Positions 8,735 to 17,611 of a DNA stretch of 64,000 nucleotides are shown in pieces. A model generated the notes under the pieces. That model did not search any database. It was given only the letters and a program-made list of their open reading frames with translations, and had not been told where the DNA came from. This DNA comes from a bacterium (lineage in GTDB: Bacteria; SAR324; XYD2-FULL-50-16). Both the position numbers and the translations under genes were made by a program. The DNA lies in NCBI GenBank assembly GCA_032250835.1, contig JAVVEA010000003.1, forward strand, positions 89,458 through 153,457, written 5' to 3'. Position 1 is the stretch's first letter, and every line of letters begins with the position of its first letter.

Positions 8735-9826
8735 CTATCCCCTTTTTTGTTCAAATTTCTTCATGAAAGCGGTCAGCGCCTTGATGCCTTCAATCGGCAT
8801 GGCGTTGTAGATCGAGGCCCGGGCCCCGCCCACGGCGCGGTGTCCCTTAAGGGCATAGAGCCCTTCGGCCTGCGCTTCGGCCACAAAGGCCTTGAGCAGT
8901 TCTTCTGAGGGCAGGTTGAAGCAGACGTTCATGATCGAGCGGTGCGCCGGGTCGGCCACGCTGCTGTAAAAATCACTTTCGTCCAAGGTCTGGTATAGCA
9001 GTGAGGCTTTGGCTTGGTTTTGTTTTTCTAAAGCCGCCACGCCGCCTTGTTGCTCCACCCACTTCAAGACCAAGTTGATCATATAAACCGCAAAGGTATT
9101 GATGGTGTTGGCCATGCTGTGGTTGTCGCGGTAGACCGCATAGTCCAACAGTTTGGGGCAATCTGCCGGGGCGTGCCCGATCAGGTCGTCGCGCACAAAG
9201 GCTACCGAAATCCCGCTGGGGCCCAGGTTCTTTTGGGCCCCGGCGTAAACCATGCCGAACTGAGAATAGTCCACCACCCGCGAGAGGATTTCGCTGGTCA
9301 TGTCCACCACCAGAGGCACCTCACCGGTCTTGGGGAACTGGTGGTACTGGGTGCCGTAGAGCGTGTTGTTGCTGGTGATGTGTACGTAAGACGCCGCCGG
9401 GTCCACCATCTCGGGGGTGATCTGGGGGATCACCTTAAAGCCGCCTGGTTCCCCGCTGGCTAAGATTTGGATGTCCCCAAACTTCTCGGCCTCGACCCGC
9501 GCCACCTTGGCGAAGTTGCCAGTCTCGACGTAAAGCGCCTTTTTGGCCGGTTTTAGGGGCAACAAGTTGAGCGGCACTGCCGAAAACTGCAACTGGGCCC
9601 CACCATGTACATATAAAATCTGGTAGTTATCCGGCAGGTTGGTCAGGCGGCGCATCAAGACATCGGTCTCGGCCAAAAGGGCCTCGAACTCTGCCGAGCG
9701 GTGGCTGATCTCGATCAGCGAGACACCCATGCCGTTAAAATCCAAAAATTCCTTTTGGACTTGTTGCATCACCGGCACCGGCAACATGGCCGGGCCTGCA
9801 CCGAAGTTATAGACAGGTCGCTTCAT
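8735..9826 (-). CDS. serC: Phosphoserine aminotransferase
   Basis: YNFGAGPAMLP, ISHRS, GAQKNLGPSG (PLP lysine) and GHRAVGGARASIYN motifs. Start at ATG 9826. Confidence 0.97.
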   Translation of the reverse strand: MKRPVYNFGAGPAMLPVPVMQQVQKEFLDFNGMGVSLIEISHRSAEFEALLAETDVLMRRLTNLPDNYQILYVHGGAQLQFSAVPLNLLPLKPAKKALYVETGNFAKVARVEAEKFGDIQILASGEPGGFKVIPQITPEMVDPAASYVHITSNNTLYGTQYHQFPKTGEVPLVVDMTSEILSRVVDYSQFGMVYAGAQKNLGPSGISVAFVRDDLIGHAPADCPKLLDYAVYRDNHSMANTINTFAVYMINLVLKWVEQQGGVAALEKQNQAKASLLYQTLDESDFYSSVADPAHRSIMNVCFNLPSEELLKAFVAEAQAEGLYALKGHRAVGGARASIYNAMPIEGIKALTAFMKKFEQKRG

Positions 9827-9855
9827 CTTCCCTTGAAGGTTGAGGTTAAGCACTA

Positions 9856-9884
9856 ATTGTGGCGGCTCCGCCGGGTCCAGTCAA
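9856..9884 (-). promoter_or_regulatory. Sigma70-type promoter of serC-proC
   Basis: TTGACT-N17-CACAAT about 30 nt upstream of the serC ATG. Confidence 0.6.
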
Positions 9885-10094
9885 GTAGGACTGTCGCTAG
9901 GGGTTGATGGTAACCTATACCCGAAGTTTCCAGAACGCACCCCTTGCCCCAGGGCCTTTGACGCCGCCCAAACCGCGAGCCCAGGGGCCGAATAAAATGA
10001 GACGGAATTATAGTCAAAATTCTTTGGGCTGTGTTAAATATTGCCTACAAATTTTTAGGGTATTTTTGTAACCCATGCCCAGCGATACGGCACC

Positions 10095-11012
10095 ATGGAA
10101 ACAAATGTTTTGATAGGATTAGGCGGTCTGATGTTTTTGGGGTCCTTGGGGCTGGCTCTTTGGAAACTTAGAGCCTATCGTCAAAGAAGTCAACGGGTTG
10201 GATGCGAGCTGACGGCGCTAAATCAGTACCTTTTTGGCGAGGTGATGCAGCGCAAACAATTAGAGAAAGAACTGGTAGAAGCCAAAACGTTATTGGAGAC
10301 CGCCGCCGAGTTGAAGGATTGTTTCTTGGCCAATATGTCCCATGAGTTGCGCACCCCGCTCAATGGCGTGATTGGTATGAGCCAGCTGCTGCTCGACACC
10401 AAACTGGACCCGGAACAACACAGCTTTGTGGAGATGATCCTGGATTCGGGTAACGGCCTCCTGCACAAGATCGCCGATATCCTGGACATTGCCGCCAGCC
10501 GTAGTGGGCGTATCCTGGTGGTGGCCAAACCCTTTGACGCCAATCAACTCTTTACCAACGAATGCAACCTCTTCCGCTCGGCGGCTGCGGCCAAGGGGCT
10601 GCAATTTGACTTAAAGCTCTTCGGCGATCCGCTACCTGAACGGTTGGTGGGCGATGTGCGGCGGTTGGACCATGTGGTGGGTAGTCTGTTGAGCAACGCT
10701 ATCGACTACACCGACCGGGGTCGGGTGGATTTTGTGGTCGAGACCCGCAGCCTGGGTGCCGAACAAGTGGAACTGACCATAACCGTGACCGATACCGGGT
10801 TAGGAATCCCCGCCAACAAACAGGCCTTGGTATTTGAACCCTTCATCCAGGTAGACATGTCCAGCACCCGCAAACACGGCGGGGTGGGCCTTGGGCTCTC
10901 CATCGCCAAACAAACGGTTCAGGCGATGGGCGGAACGATCGAGTTGACCAGTGAATTGGGTCGGGGAACCCAAGTGTCCGTCCGGCTCCCCTTCACTTTG
11001 CCCAAGGCCTAG
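10095..11012 (+). CDS. Histidine kinase (one N-terminal TM, HisKA + HATPase_c), no sensor or receiver domain
   Basis: [16 protein letters not shown]-box; [10 protein letters not shown]-box; DTGLGI G1; FEPF F-box; GGVGLGL G2. Confidence 0.9.
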   Translation: METNVLIGLGGLMFLGSLGLALWKLRAYRQRSQRVGCELTALNQYLFGEVMQRKQLEKELVEAKTLLETAAELKDCFLANMSHELRTPLNGVIGMSQLLLDTKLDPEQHSFVEMILDSGNGLLHKIADILDIAASRSGRILVVAKPFDANQLFTNECNLFRSAAAAKGLQFDLKLFGDPLPERLVGDVRRLDHVVGSLLSNAIDYTDRGRVDFVVETRSLGAEQVELTITVTDTGLGIPANKQALVFEPFIQVDMSSTRKHGGVGLGLSIAKQTVQAMGGTIELTSELGRGTQVSVRLPFTLPKA

Positions 11013-11035
11013 GCGGGCAACGGGAGGTTGAATGA

Positions 11036-12631
11036 TCAGACCGGGATGTGGTCGGAGTTGCTAAAGAACTCTAGGCCCTCAAACTTCTTTTTGGCATAGT
11101 CGAGGTCCCATTCGCTGTTGCACAAGAAGATCGGCTGGTCGTCGACGTCGGTGGCCACCTGGGCTAGGTAACGGGACTCAAACTGGCCCAGCATCTTCTT
11201 GTCGTCGCAGTGGTACCAACGGGCTAGTTGGTAGCCTACAGGCTCAAAGACGCCCTCAACACCATATTCCTCTTGCAGCCGGAACTTGATCACCTCAAAT
11301 TGCAAAACCCCCACCACGCCTAAGACCAAGGCCCCGCCGGTGTTTAGTTTAAAGACCTGGGTGGCCCCTTCTTCGGTCAATTGGCTTAAGCCTTTTTCCA
11401 ACTGCTTGGTTTTGAGCGGGTTGGCCAGCCGTACTTTCATAAAGTGTTCGGGCGAGAAGTGCGGGATGCCCGTGAAGTTGAGCGTCTCGCCCATGCTGAA
11501 GCTGTCGCCGATGCGGAACAGGCCGGTGTCGTATAGGCCGATGATCTCGCCGGGGTAGGCTTCTTCAACGGACTCACGGTCTTGGGCCAAAAAGCCCATC
11601 ACGTTGGCTAGCTTGATCGGGCGGTTGAGCCGAACATGGTGGATCTTCATGCCCTTTTCGAATTTGCCCGAACAGATGCGCAAAAAGGCGATCCGGTCGC
11701 GGTGGGCCTTGTCCATGTTGGCTTGGATCTTAAAGATAAAGCCCGTCAGCTTGGTTTCGGCGGCTTCCACGATCCGTTCCTGGGTCTCGCGGGCCTGGGG
11801 AGCCGGGGCCCAGTCTAAAAAGCCATGTAAAAATTCTTTGACCCCAAAGCTGTTCATAGCCGAGCCGAAAAAGACCGGGGTCATCTCGCCGCTTAGGTAT
11901 TTTGCAGGATCATAAACGTTGCCCGCCCCTACGACCAATTCCATTTCTTCGCGAAACTGGTTGCCCCAGCTGGTCCCGGCGATTTCGTCTAGTTTGGGGT
12001 CGTCCCAACCGGTCAGTTGGATGCGCTCAAAGGCCTTGCGCTCTTCGCCGGGCTTAAAGAGGGTGACGGTCTTTTCAAAGCGGTGGTAGACGCCCTTAAA
12101 CTCGCTACCCATGCCGATAGGCCAGGTGATCGGTGCGCATTGGATGCCCAACACCTCTTCGACCTCGTCCATCAGCTCAAAGGGGCTGCGGCACTGGCGG
12201 TCAAACTTGTTCATGAAGGTCATCACCGGCGTGTGCCGCATCCGGCAGACTTCCAGCAGCTTCTTGGTCTGGGTTTCCACGCCCTTGGCCCCGTCGATCA
12301 ACATCAAGGCCGAGTCCACAGCGGTCAAAACCCGGTAGGTATCTTCAGAAAAGTCCTGGTGCCCCGGCGTGTCCAGCAGGGTGATGTGGTGCCCGTCATA
12401 GCGGAAGCTCATCACCGAACTGGTGACCGAGATGCCGCGCTGCTTCTCGATCTCCATCCAGTCAGAAGTAGCGTACTTGCCGGACTTGCGGCTCTTGACG
12501 GTGCCCGCCATCTGGATCGCCCCGCCAAAAAGCAAGATCTTTTCGGTGATCGTCGTTTTACCGGCGTCCGGGTGGCTGATGATGGCGAAGGTTCGCTGTT
12601 TGGCTATGTGGTCGGGTAATGTCTTCGGCAT
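11036..12631 (-). CDS. prfC: Peptide chain release factor 3
   Basis: RTFAIISHPDAGKTT, SDWMEIEKQRGISVT, DTPGHQDFSEDTYR and KIQANMDKAHRDRIAF motifs. Confidence 0.98.
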   Translation of the reverse strand: MPKTLPDHIAKQRTFAIISHPDAGKTTITEKILLFGGAIQMAGTVKSRKSGKYATSDWMEIEKQRGISVTSSVMSFRYDGHHITLLDTPGHQDFSEDTYRVLTAVDSALMLIDGAKGVETQTKKLLEVCRMRHTPVMTFMNKFDRQCRSPFELMDEVEEVLGIQCAPITWPIGMGSEFKGVYHRFEKTVTLFKPGEERKAFERIQLTGWDDPKLDEIAGTSWGNQFREEMELVVGAGNVYDPAKYLSGEMTPVFFGSAMNSFGVKEFLHGFLDWAPAPQARETQERIVEAAETKLTGFIFKIQANMDKAHRDRIAFLRICSGKFEKGMKIHHVRLNRPIKLANVMGFLAQDRESVEEAYPGEIIGLYDTGLFRIGDSFSMGETLNFTGIPHFSPEHFMKVRLANPLKTKQLEKGLSQLTEEGATQVFKLNTGGALVLGVVGVLQFEVIKFRLQEEYGVEGVFEPVGYQLARWYHCDDKKMLGQFESRYLAQVATDVDDQPIFLCNSEWDLDYAKKKFEGLEFFSNSDHIPV

Positions 12632-12848
12632 GGTCCGGGCTATTTGGAGATTAAGTTCCCAATCTAGCGGGACTCGTTGAGTTTGGGTAGAGGGGAATTT
12701 ATTGGGGTTCCTTGGGCAGACCAGAGGCTTGATTGTTGCGTTCCTGCTAGGGTAAAGACGGGCACCTGATACTTAAGCCTTTTACCGCAATACTTGGGGC
12801 TTAAAAAACAACCTGATAGGGCTGGTGGCTAGCAAACTGAGCTTCTCT

Positions 12849-12877
12849 TTGACAGTTGTACGGGATAGCCGTACACT
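12849..12877 (+). promoter_or_regulatory. yefM-yoeB promoter with overlapping operator palindrome
   Basis: TTGACA-N17-TACACT. Palindrome TGTACGG-GATAG-CCGTACA (12857-12875); a TGTAC core is typical of YefM operators. Confidence 0.75.
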
Positions 12878-12898
12878 TAATAAAAAATAGGAGGACTC

Positions 12899-13171
12899 AT
12901 GAGAGAAATGTCGGTCAACCAATTCCGCAGCCACCTCAAGGAAAGTGTAGAACAGGTGGTGTCCAATCATGAAGCTTTGCGGGTCACTAGGCGGAGTGAA
13001 AAAGCTTTTGTGGTGGTGAGCGAAGAGGACTGGGAACGGGACCAGGAAACGCTGCTGGTTTTGAGCAACTCGAGCCTGATGAAACAAATCCAAAGTTCCC
13101 TCGAATCCCACCAAAAGGAAAGGGGTTACCGTCCTACTCTGAAGGAACTGGATGAGATCCATCGTCTTTGA
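12899..13171 (+). CDS. yefM: Phd/YefM family antitoxin
   Basis: SVNQFRSHLK...VTRR...VVVSEEDW...ETL pattern; AGGAGG RBS; overlaps the toxin gene. Confidence 0.88.
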   Translation: MREMSVNQFRSHLKESVEQVVSNHEALRVTRRSEKAFVVVSEEDWERDQETLLVLSNSSLMKQIQSSLESHQKERGYRPTLKELDEIHRL

Positions 13172-13418
13172 AGGGAACACCTGGGCCGAATACGAGAAGC
13201 TAAGATCCAAAGACAATCAACTGCACAAGAATCTTTGCCACATCTTACAAGAGATGCAACGTAACGACCCGGCCATTGGTTTGGGGAAGCCGGAACAACT
13301 TAAATACCAGTTGTCTGGATTTTGGTCGAGGCGGCTGTCGCAAAAGGACCGGGTGGTTTACAGGTTTGATGAATCCTCTATCTATATCTTTGCGATTGGG
13401 GGTCACTATGATGCTTGA
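13152..13418 (+). CDS. yoeB: Txe/YoeB family ribonuclease toxin
   Basis: GLGKPEQLKYQLSGFWSRRLSQKDRVVY and C-terminal GHY. Confidence 0.93.
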   Translation: MRSIVFEGNTWAEYEKLRSKDNQLHKNLCHILQEMQRNDPAIGLGKPEQLKYQLSGFWSRRLSQKDRVVYRFDESSIYIFAIGGHYDA

Positions 13419-13473
13419 CCTTGAAATACAATAACCGTAAGTAGGCCCTAAATATTTTCTAGTTGGGTAGGGG

Positions 13474-14385
13474 ATGAAAAAAATAGCGATTTACAATAAC
13501 AAGGGCGGTGTCGGGAAATCTACCCTGGCGGTCCTGTTGGCCGATTATTTTGCCGCTGGGTCTTCGGCTTCTAAAAAACAGAAGATGAAGGTTCTGGTCA
13601 TCGATTTGGATGCTCAAGCCTCTTCGGCCACCACCCTATTGGGCTTGGACGCCGTTGCCAGAGCAAGACAAGCGGGTACCGTTTTGACGCGTTACTTGAA
13701 CGGTCAGCCTGGACCTGGGCTGGACTCTTATCTTCATTTAAGGCCCAAACTAGAAAGCCCTTCTACTCGCAAATTGGTCTTACATGACCTGTGGGTTGCC
13801 TGCCAGGACCGGGCGGACCTTTTGAACTTTGAACAGAACAACACTCCCGAACGGGTTGCCGACCGGATGGATTGGTTTATTGATGGGCTGCAAGAGGCTG
13901 GTTTTGATACGGTATTCTTTGATTTACCGGCCAACTTGGACGAACGCAATTTGCTGGCCTTGGCAACCTTACGGCTGGCGGACCATATCCTGATCCCCAC
14001 AGAGCCTTCGCGGATCTCCGTCAACGCGTTAACGGACAGCTTGAATTTAGTTTACTACGCTGGCGGGAGTATGAAAGAGCAGATGATGCAGAAAAAGTTG
14101 GCTGGGTTCATTCTCAATAAAACGGACCGGAGGACCCGGCAGTACCGACTCCACCATAAGGAGCTTTCGGAATTGGCCAATCGCCACAATACCCTGGTGT
14201 TGAAGCAGGCTTTGCCTACCGCGCCAGATTTGGCCTCCTCCTCGGACGATAGTTTGGAATTTAATCTGCTACAGGACCGATTTGGCAAACAATATTCAAA
14301 TGTTTGTGCGCTAGCCTTGGAAGTTGCCCAACGCTGCGGGTATAAAACCCGCCCCAAGCAAAGCCCTAAGGCAGGTTCAAGGTAA
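13474..14385 (+). CDS. ParA/Soj family ATPase (orphan, no ParB nearby)
   Basis: Deviant Walker A NNKGGVGKST; VIDLDAQ; FFDLP; ADHILIP; ILNK. Confidence 0.88.
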   Translation: MKKIAIYNNKGGVGKSTLAVLLADYFAAGSSASKKQKMKVLVIDLDAQASSATTLLGLDAVARARQAGTVLTRYLNGQPGPGLDSYLHLRPKLESPSTRKLVLHDLWVACQDRADLLNFEQNNTPERVADRMDWFIDGLQEAGFDTVFFDLPANLDERNLLALATLRLADHILIPTEPSRISVNALTDSLNLVYYAGGSMKEQMMQKKLAGFILNKTDRRTRQYRLHHKELSELANRHNTLVLKQALPTAPDLASSSDDSLEFNLLQDRFGKQYSNVCALALEVAQRCGYKTRPKQSPKAGSR

Positions 14386-14543
14386 GTTGCTGGCCCAATG
14401 CCCAAATAGCATGAGACAGGGAATAAAATACCTTTTACCGGGGCCCAGCATCCAGAGGAAAAGTCCCCTTTTTTTTGGACTTCAAGTGTTAGGGTGCGCA
14501 AGAGATGCTTAAACTGCCCCATTAACTCCCTTAAAACCAAGGC

Positions 14544-14759
14544 TCAGTTGGGTTCAATCTGCCCCGTGAGGTATTTGTGGATCAGGCTGCTGATCAAGGT
14601 TTGATAGCCCATCCCCTCTTTAGCGGCCATGATTTTGATGCCTTCGAAGTCCGCCCTGGTCAGGCGGATAGTCGCCCGTTCCATCTTTTTCAAGCTGTTG
14701 CGGGCCATTTCTTGAGCTTTGATTTTGCTTTGTTTCAACTCGTCAGGAGGCAGGCTCAC
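14544..14759 (-). pseudogene. CopG/BrnA-like (RHH) antitoxin, probably 5'-decayed and without its toxin
   Basis: ATIRLTRADFEGIKIMAAKEGMGYQTLISSLIHKY matches this family's C-terminal pattern. The family-like EAETTTSREGGEW continues upstream in frame without a start codon. Confidence 0.6.
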
Positions 14760-15012
14760 CCATTCGCCCCCTTCGCGGGAGGTTGTGGTTTCGGCTTCGC
14801 CCCGTCCACTTGGCTGCGGAATTGGAGTTTTTTTATCTGAACTTAGCCGAGCGCCACCGGTCAGGGGATGAGCTTGCGTTGGAGCGGGCGGGGATGGTGC
14901 TGGACCATTTGGCAGACTGGCTAAGCCTTTGGCAGCAGTAAATCAGCCAATATGCCGAAGCAGACCTTTACGCCCGGCTGGGCGACTTGGCCGCGCTGTT
15001 ACCCAAGACCGA

Positions 15013-15462
15013 TTAGGGGCCTTCCTTGAGGCGGTTGTTGATGAAGTCCTTGGCCCGGTCGCCGCGCAGATGCTCTGCTAAACCGACCAAGCCGTCTTCG
15101 AGGTATTTGGCCTTAAAGCCCTTGGTGGTCAGGTATAGCCGGGCCATGACGGCGCGGTCCTTGTGTGGGCAGGCGGTCACCACCAATTTTTTGGGGTCCA
15201 ATTCGTTCAGCCGGTTGGGCAGTTCATTTAAGGGGATGTGGACCGAATGGGGTAGGTTCCACGCCTCATGCTCTTCATGGAAACGAATGTCCACCAACTG
15301 GACGCGCCCTTGGGTCATCAGCTCGGTCAGTTCGGCGCTGCCGATCTTCATGGCCTTTCGTTCGGCATAGTCGAAGCGGAGCAGATAGGACTTCAAGTCT
15401 TCTGCGCAAGCCGCCGAGGAAAGAAACAAGACGCCTAAACCTAGCATGAACATCCGAACCAT
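15013..15462 (-). CDS. Rhodanese-like domain protein with signal peptide
   Basis: LVDIR, HIPLNEL, active-site loop TACPHKDRA and LEDG; hydrophobic N-terminus; AGGAGG RBS. Confidence 0.85.
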   Translation of the reverse strand: MVRMFMLGLGVLFLSSAACAEDLKSYLLRFDYAERKAMKIGSAELTELMTQGRVQLVDIRFHEEHEAWNLPHSVHIPLNELPNRLNELDPKKLVVTACPHKDRAVMARLYLTTKGFKAKYLEDGLVGLAEHLRGDRAKDFINNRLKEGP

Positions 15463-15482
15463 TGGGTCCTCCTGAGGGGTGT

Positions 15483-15504
15483 GAGGGGCCGAGCTTGGCC
15501 CCTC
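15483..15504. other. GC hairpin between acr3 and the rhodanese gene
   Basis: GAGGGGCC-N6-GGCCCCTC with no U-tract. Confidence 0.5.
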
Positions 15505-15518
15505 GGGGTCTGCGGCCT

Positions 15519-16586
15519 TTAGGTCGCGGGCGCTTCGTTGGTGAAATACCGCTTCTTGAAGTATAGCGCCACGTTCACCAAGGCGAGCAACACCGGCACC
15601 TCCACCAAGGGGCCGATCACCGCGGCGAAGGCTTCGCCCGAGTGGATGCCGAACACCCCAATGGCCACGGCAATGGCCAATTCGAAGTTGTTGCTGGCGG
15701 CGGTGAAGCTAAGGGTCGCCGATTTGGAGTAGTCCGCGCCAAACTGTTTGCTAAGAAAAAAGGAAACCAAAAACATCACCACAAAATAGATGCCCAGAGG
15801 TACAGCGATGCGCAACACATCTAGCGGAACCGAAAGGATCACCTCGCCCTTGAAGGAAAACATGACCAAAATGGTGAACAACAGGGCGATTAAAGTGATC
15901 GGGCTGATCCGAGGCGTGAAAACCTGCTCGTACCAATCCTTTCCCTTAGCCTGGATCAGCCCCTTGCGGGTCAAGAACCCGGCGGCGAAGGGGATCCCCA
16001 AATAAATCAAAACGCTTTGCGCCACTTGCCCAATCGTGATGTCCACAATAAAGGCATCAAGCCCCAGCCAAGCGGGCAACAGCGTCATAAAGAAGTAGGC
16101 GTAAAGGGAGAAGAACAACACCTGGAAGATGGAATTAAAGGCCACCAACCCCGCCGCATATTCCCGGTCCCCTCCGGCCAGCTCGTTCCAGACGATCACC
16201 ATGGCAATGCACCGGGCCAACCCAATCAAGATCAAACCGGCCATGTAGTGGGGGTGGTCGCGCAGGAACAAGACCGCCAGGGCGAACATCAAGACCGGCC
16301 CGATCAGCCAATTTTGCACCAGCGAAAGCAACAACACCCGCTTGTTTTTAAAGACCTCGCCCAACTCTTCGTACTTCACCTTGGCCAAGGGGGGGTACAT
16401 CATCAAAATCAACCCCAAAGCCAGGGGGATGTTGGTCGTGCCGGTACCCAAGGAGGCCACCAAGCCGGAAAACCCCGGAGCAAGCACCGCTAACCCCACC
16501 CCGGCGGCTATTGCCAACAGGATCCAAAAGGTCAGGTTCCGGTCCAAAAAGCCGAGTTTACGTTGGCGCGAAGCTTCAGGTTTCAT
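15519..16586 (-). CDS. acr3: ACR3 family arsenite efflux permease
   Basis: [26 protein letters not shown] (catalytic Cys), [11 protein letters not shown] and GPLVEVP motifs. Confidence 0.95.
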   Translation of the reverse strand: MKPEASRQRKLGFLDRNLTFWILLAIAAGVGLAVLAPGFSGLVASLGTGTTNIPLALGLILMMYPPLAKVKYEELGEVFKNKRVLLLSLVQNWLIGPVLMFALAVLFLRDHPHYMAGLILIGLARCIAMVIVWNELAGGDREYAAGLVAFNSIFQVLFFSLYAYFFMTLLPAWLGLDAFIVDITIGQVAQSVLIYLGIPFAAGFLTRKGLIQAKGKDWYEQVFTPRISPITLIALLFTILVMFSFKGEVILSVPLDVLRIAVPLGIYFVVMFLVSFFLSKQFGADYSKSATLSFTAASNNFELAIAVAIGVFGIHSGEAFAAVIGPLVEVPVLLALVNVALYFKKRYFTNEAPAT

Positions 16587-17019
16587 TGTCTTTTAACCAT
16601 TGTTCTAGTTTCGTTTTGATTTCGTCTCGCACCCGGCGGAAGACCGGCATTTGGCTCTCTTCGTCGCCCGTCGCTTCGGCGGGGTCGTCTAGGGGCCAGT
16701 AAAAGCGGTTTTCCTCGGGCAATCCCGGCCAGATCCTAGGGCAGGCATTTTTGGCTTTGTCGCAGACCACAAACAAAACCAAGATCGATTCGCGCCCCAA
16801 ATACTGTTTTAGGTCCTTGGGCTTCTGGCCCGAAATGTCGATGCCCACCTCGGCCATGGCCTTGAGGGCCAGCGGGTGGACCGCGTCTTTGGGTTCCAGG
16901 CCCGCGCTGAAGGGCTCAAAGCGGTCCCCGGCCAGGTGGCGCAACCAGCCTTCGGCCATTTGGCTACGGCAGCTGTTGCCGGTGCATAAAAACAAGGCAT
17001 TACGTTTTCTTTTTAACAT
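16576..17019 (-). CDS. arsC: Arsenate reductase, thioredoxin-dependent LMW-PTP family (copy 2)
   Basis: [18 protein letters not shown]...CP, DDPA and FRRVRDEI motifs. Start is ATG 17019 (or 17049). Confidence 0.92.
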   Translation of the reverse strand: MLKRKRNALFLCTGNSCRSQMAEGWLRHLAGDRFEPFSAGLEPKDAVHPLALKAMAEVGIDISGQKPKDLKQYLGRESILVLFVVCDKAKNACPRIWPGLPEENRFYWPLDDPAEATGDEESQMPVFRRVRDEIKTKLEQWLKDNET

Positions 17020-17033
17020 AATGTCCCTGAGGG

Positions 17034-17270
17034 TTAGCTTTGGAGCCATGAAGCGATGGCCTCTTTGCTCGGTAGGCCCCCAGAGTGGACCACCTTGCCG
17101 TCCACCACCACGCCGGGGGTCGACAGAATGCCATATTGGACGATTTGGGCCATGTCCTCCACCTTTTCTAAGTGGATCTCTACCCCCGACTTTTCGGCGG
17201 CGGCTTGGATCATTTGGGAGGTGGTTTTGCAGTTAGCACAGCCCGATCCTAACACTTTAATCTCTTTCAT
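17034..17270 (-). CDS. Small thioredoxin-family redox protein (MTH895/ArsE-like)
   Basis: MKEIKVLGSGCANC...YGILSTPGVVVDGKVV. Real start is ATG 17270 with a GGAG RBS, inside the listed 17034..17543 frame. Confidence 0.88.
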   Translation of the reverse strand: MKEIKVLGSGCANCKTTSQMIQAAAEKSGVEIHLEKVEDMAQIVQYGILSTPGVVVDGKVVHSGGLPSKEAIASWLQS

Positions 17271-17283
17271 TTGCTTCTCCTGA

Positions 17284-17604
17284 TTAACAACAGCTTTGCC
17301 CGCTCGCCGTTGGGGTGCAGCAAGATTCTTGGGTTGTCTCTGCTGCCTTTTTTTCTGGTTGCTTGACTTCACCAGCGGTCCCGAAGGCGGCTTTTTGGTT
17401 GAATTGGGCGTCCATGATTTCGGCGGCTTCGTCGCGGATGTGCCGGGCGATTTCCACCACCGCTTCAAGCTGGCTTTCGGGAATGCCCCATTCGCGCAGA
17501 CGCTCCAACTGGCAAAGCCCGTTTTTTGGGTGTTTGGCGGCAATATTGGCGGCTAAAGACACCATCGATACGATGGTTTTGTGCAATACCGGTTCTTCTG
17601 ACAT
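17284..17604 (-). CDS. AhpD/CMD-like small protein with Cys-pair tail
   Basis: Start ATG 17604 after GAGG. SLAANIAA...LREWGIPESQLEAVVEIARHIR helical CMD-like pattern; ends ESCCTPTASGQSCC. Confidence 0.65.
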   Translation of the reverse strand: MSEEPVLHKTIVSMVSLAANIAAKHPKNGLCQLERLREWGIPESQLEAVVEIARHIRDEAAEIMDAQFNQKAAFGTAGEVKQPEKKAAETTQESCCTPTASGQSCC

Positions 17605-17611
17605 AACACCT

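Noticed and set aside
9855-9970. Riboswitch or ncRNA upstream of serC (GGCGGC...GCCGCC pairing, GACTGG)
   Set aside because: The sequence is explained by a TTGACT-N17-CACAAT promoter only ~30 nt from the start codon. No glycine, ZTP or SAM consensus is present.
17271-17543. 169-aa ORF 17034..17543 as one protein
   Set aside because: Its 5' half overlaps the CMD-like gene in another frame; the thioredoxin-like protein starts at ATG 17270 with its own RBS.
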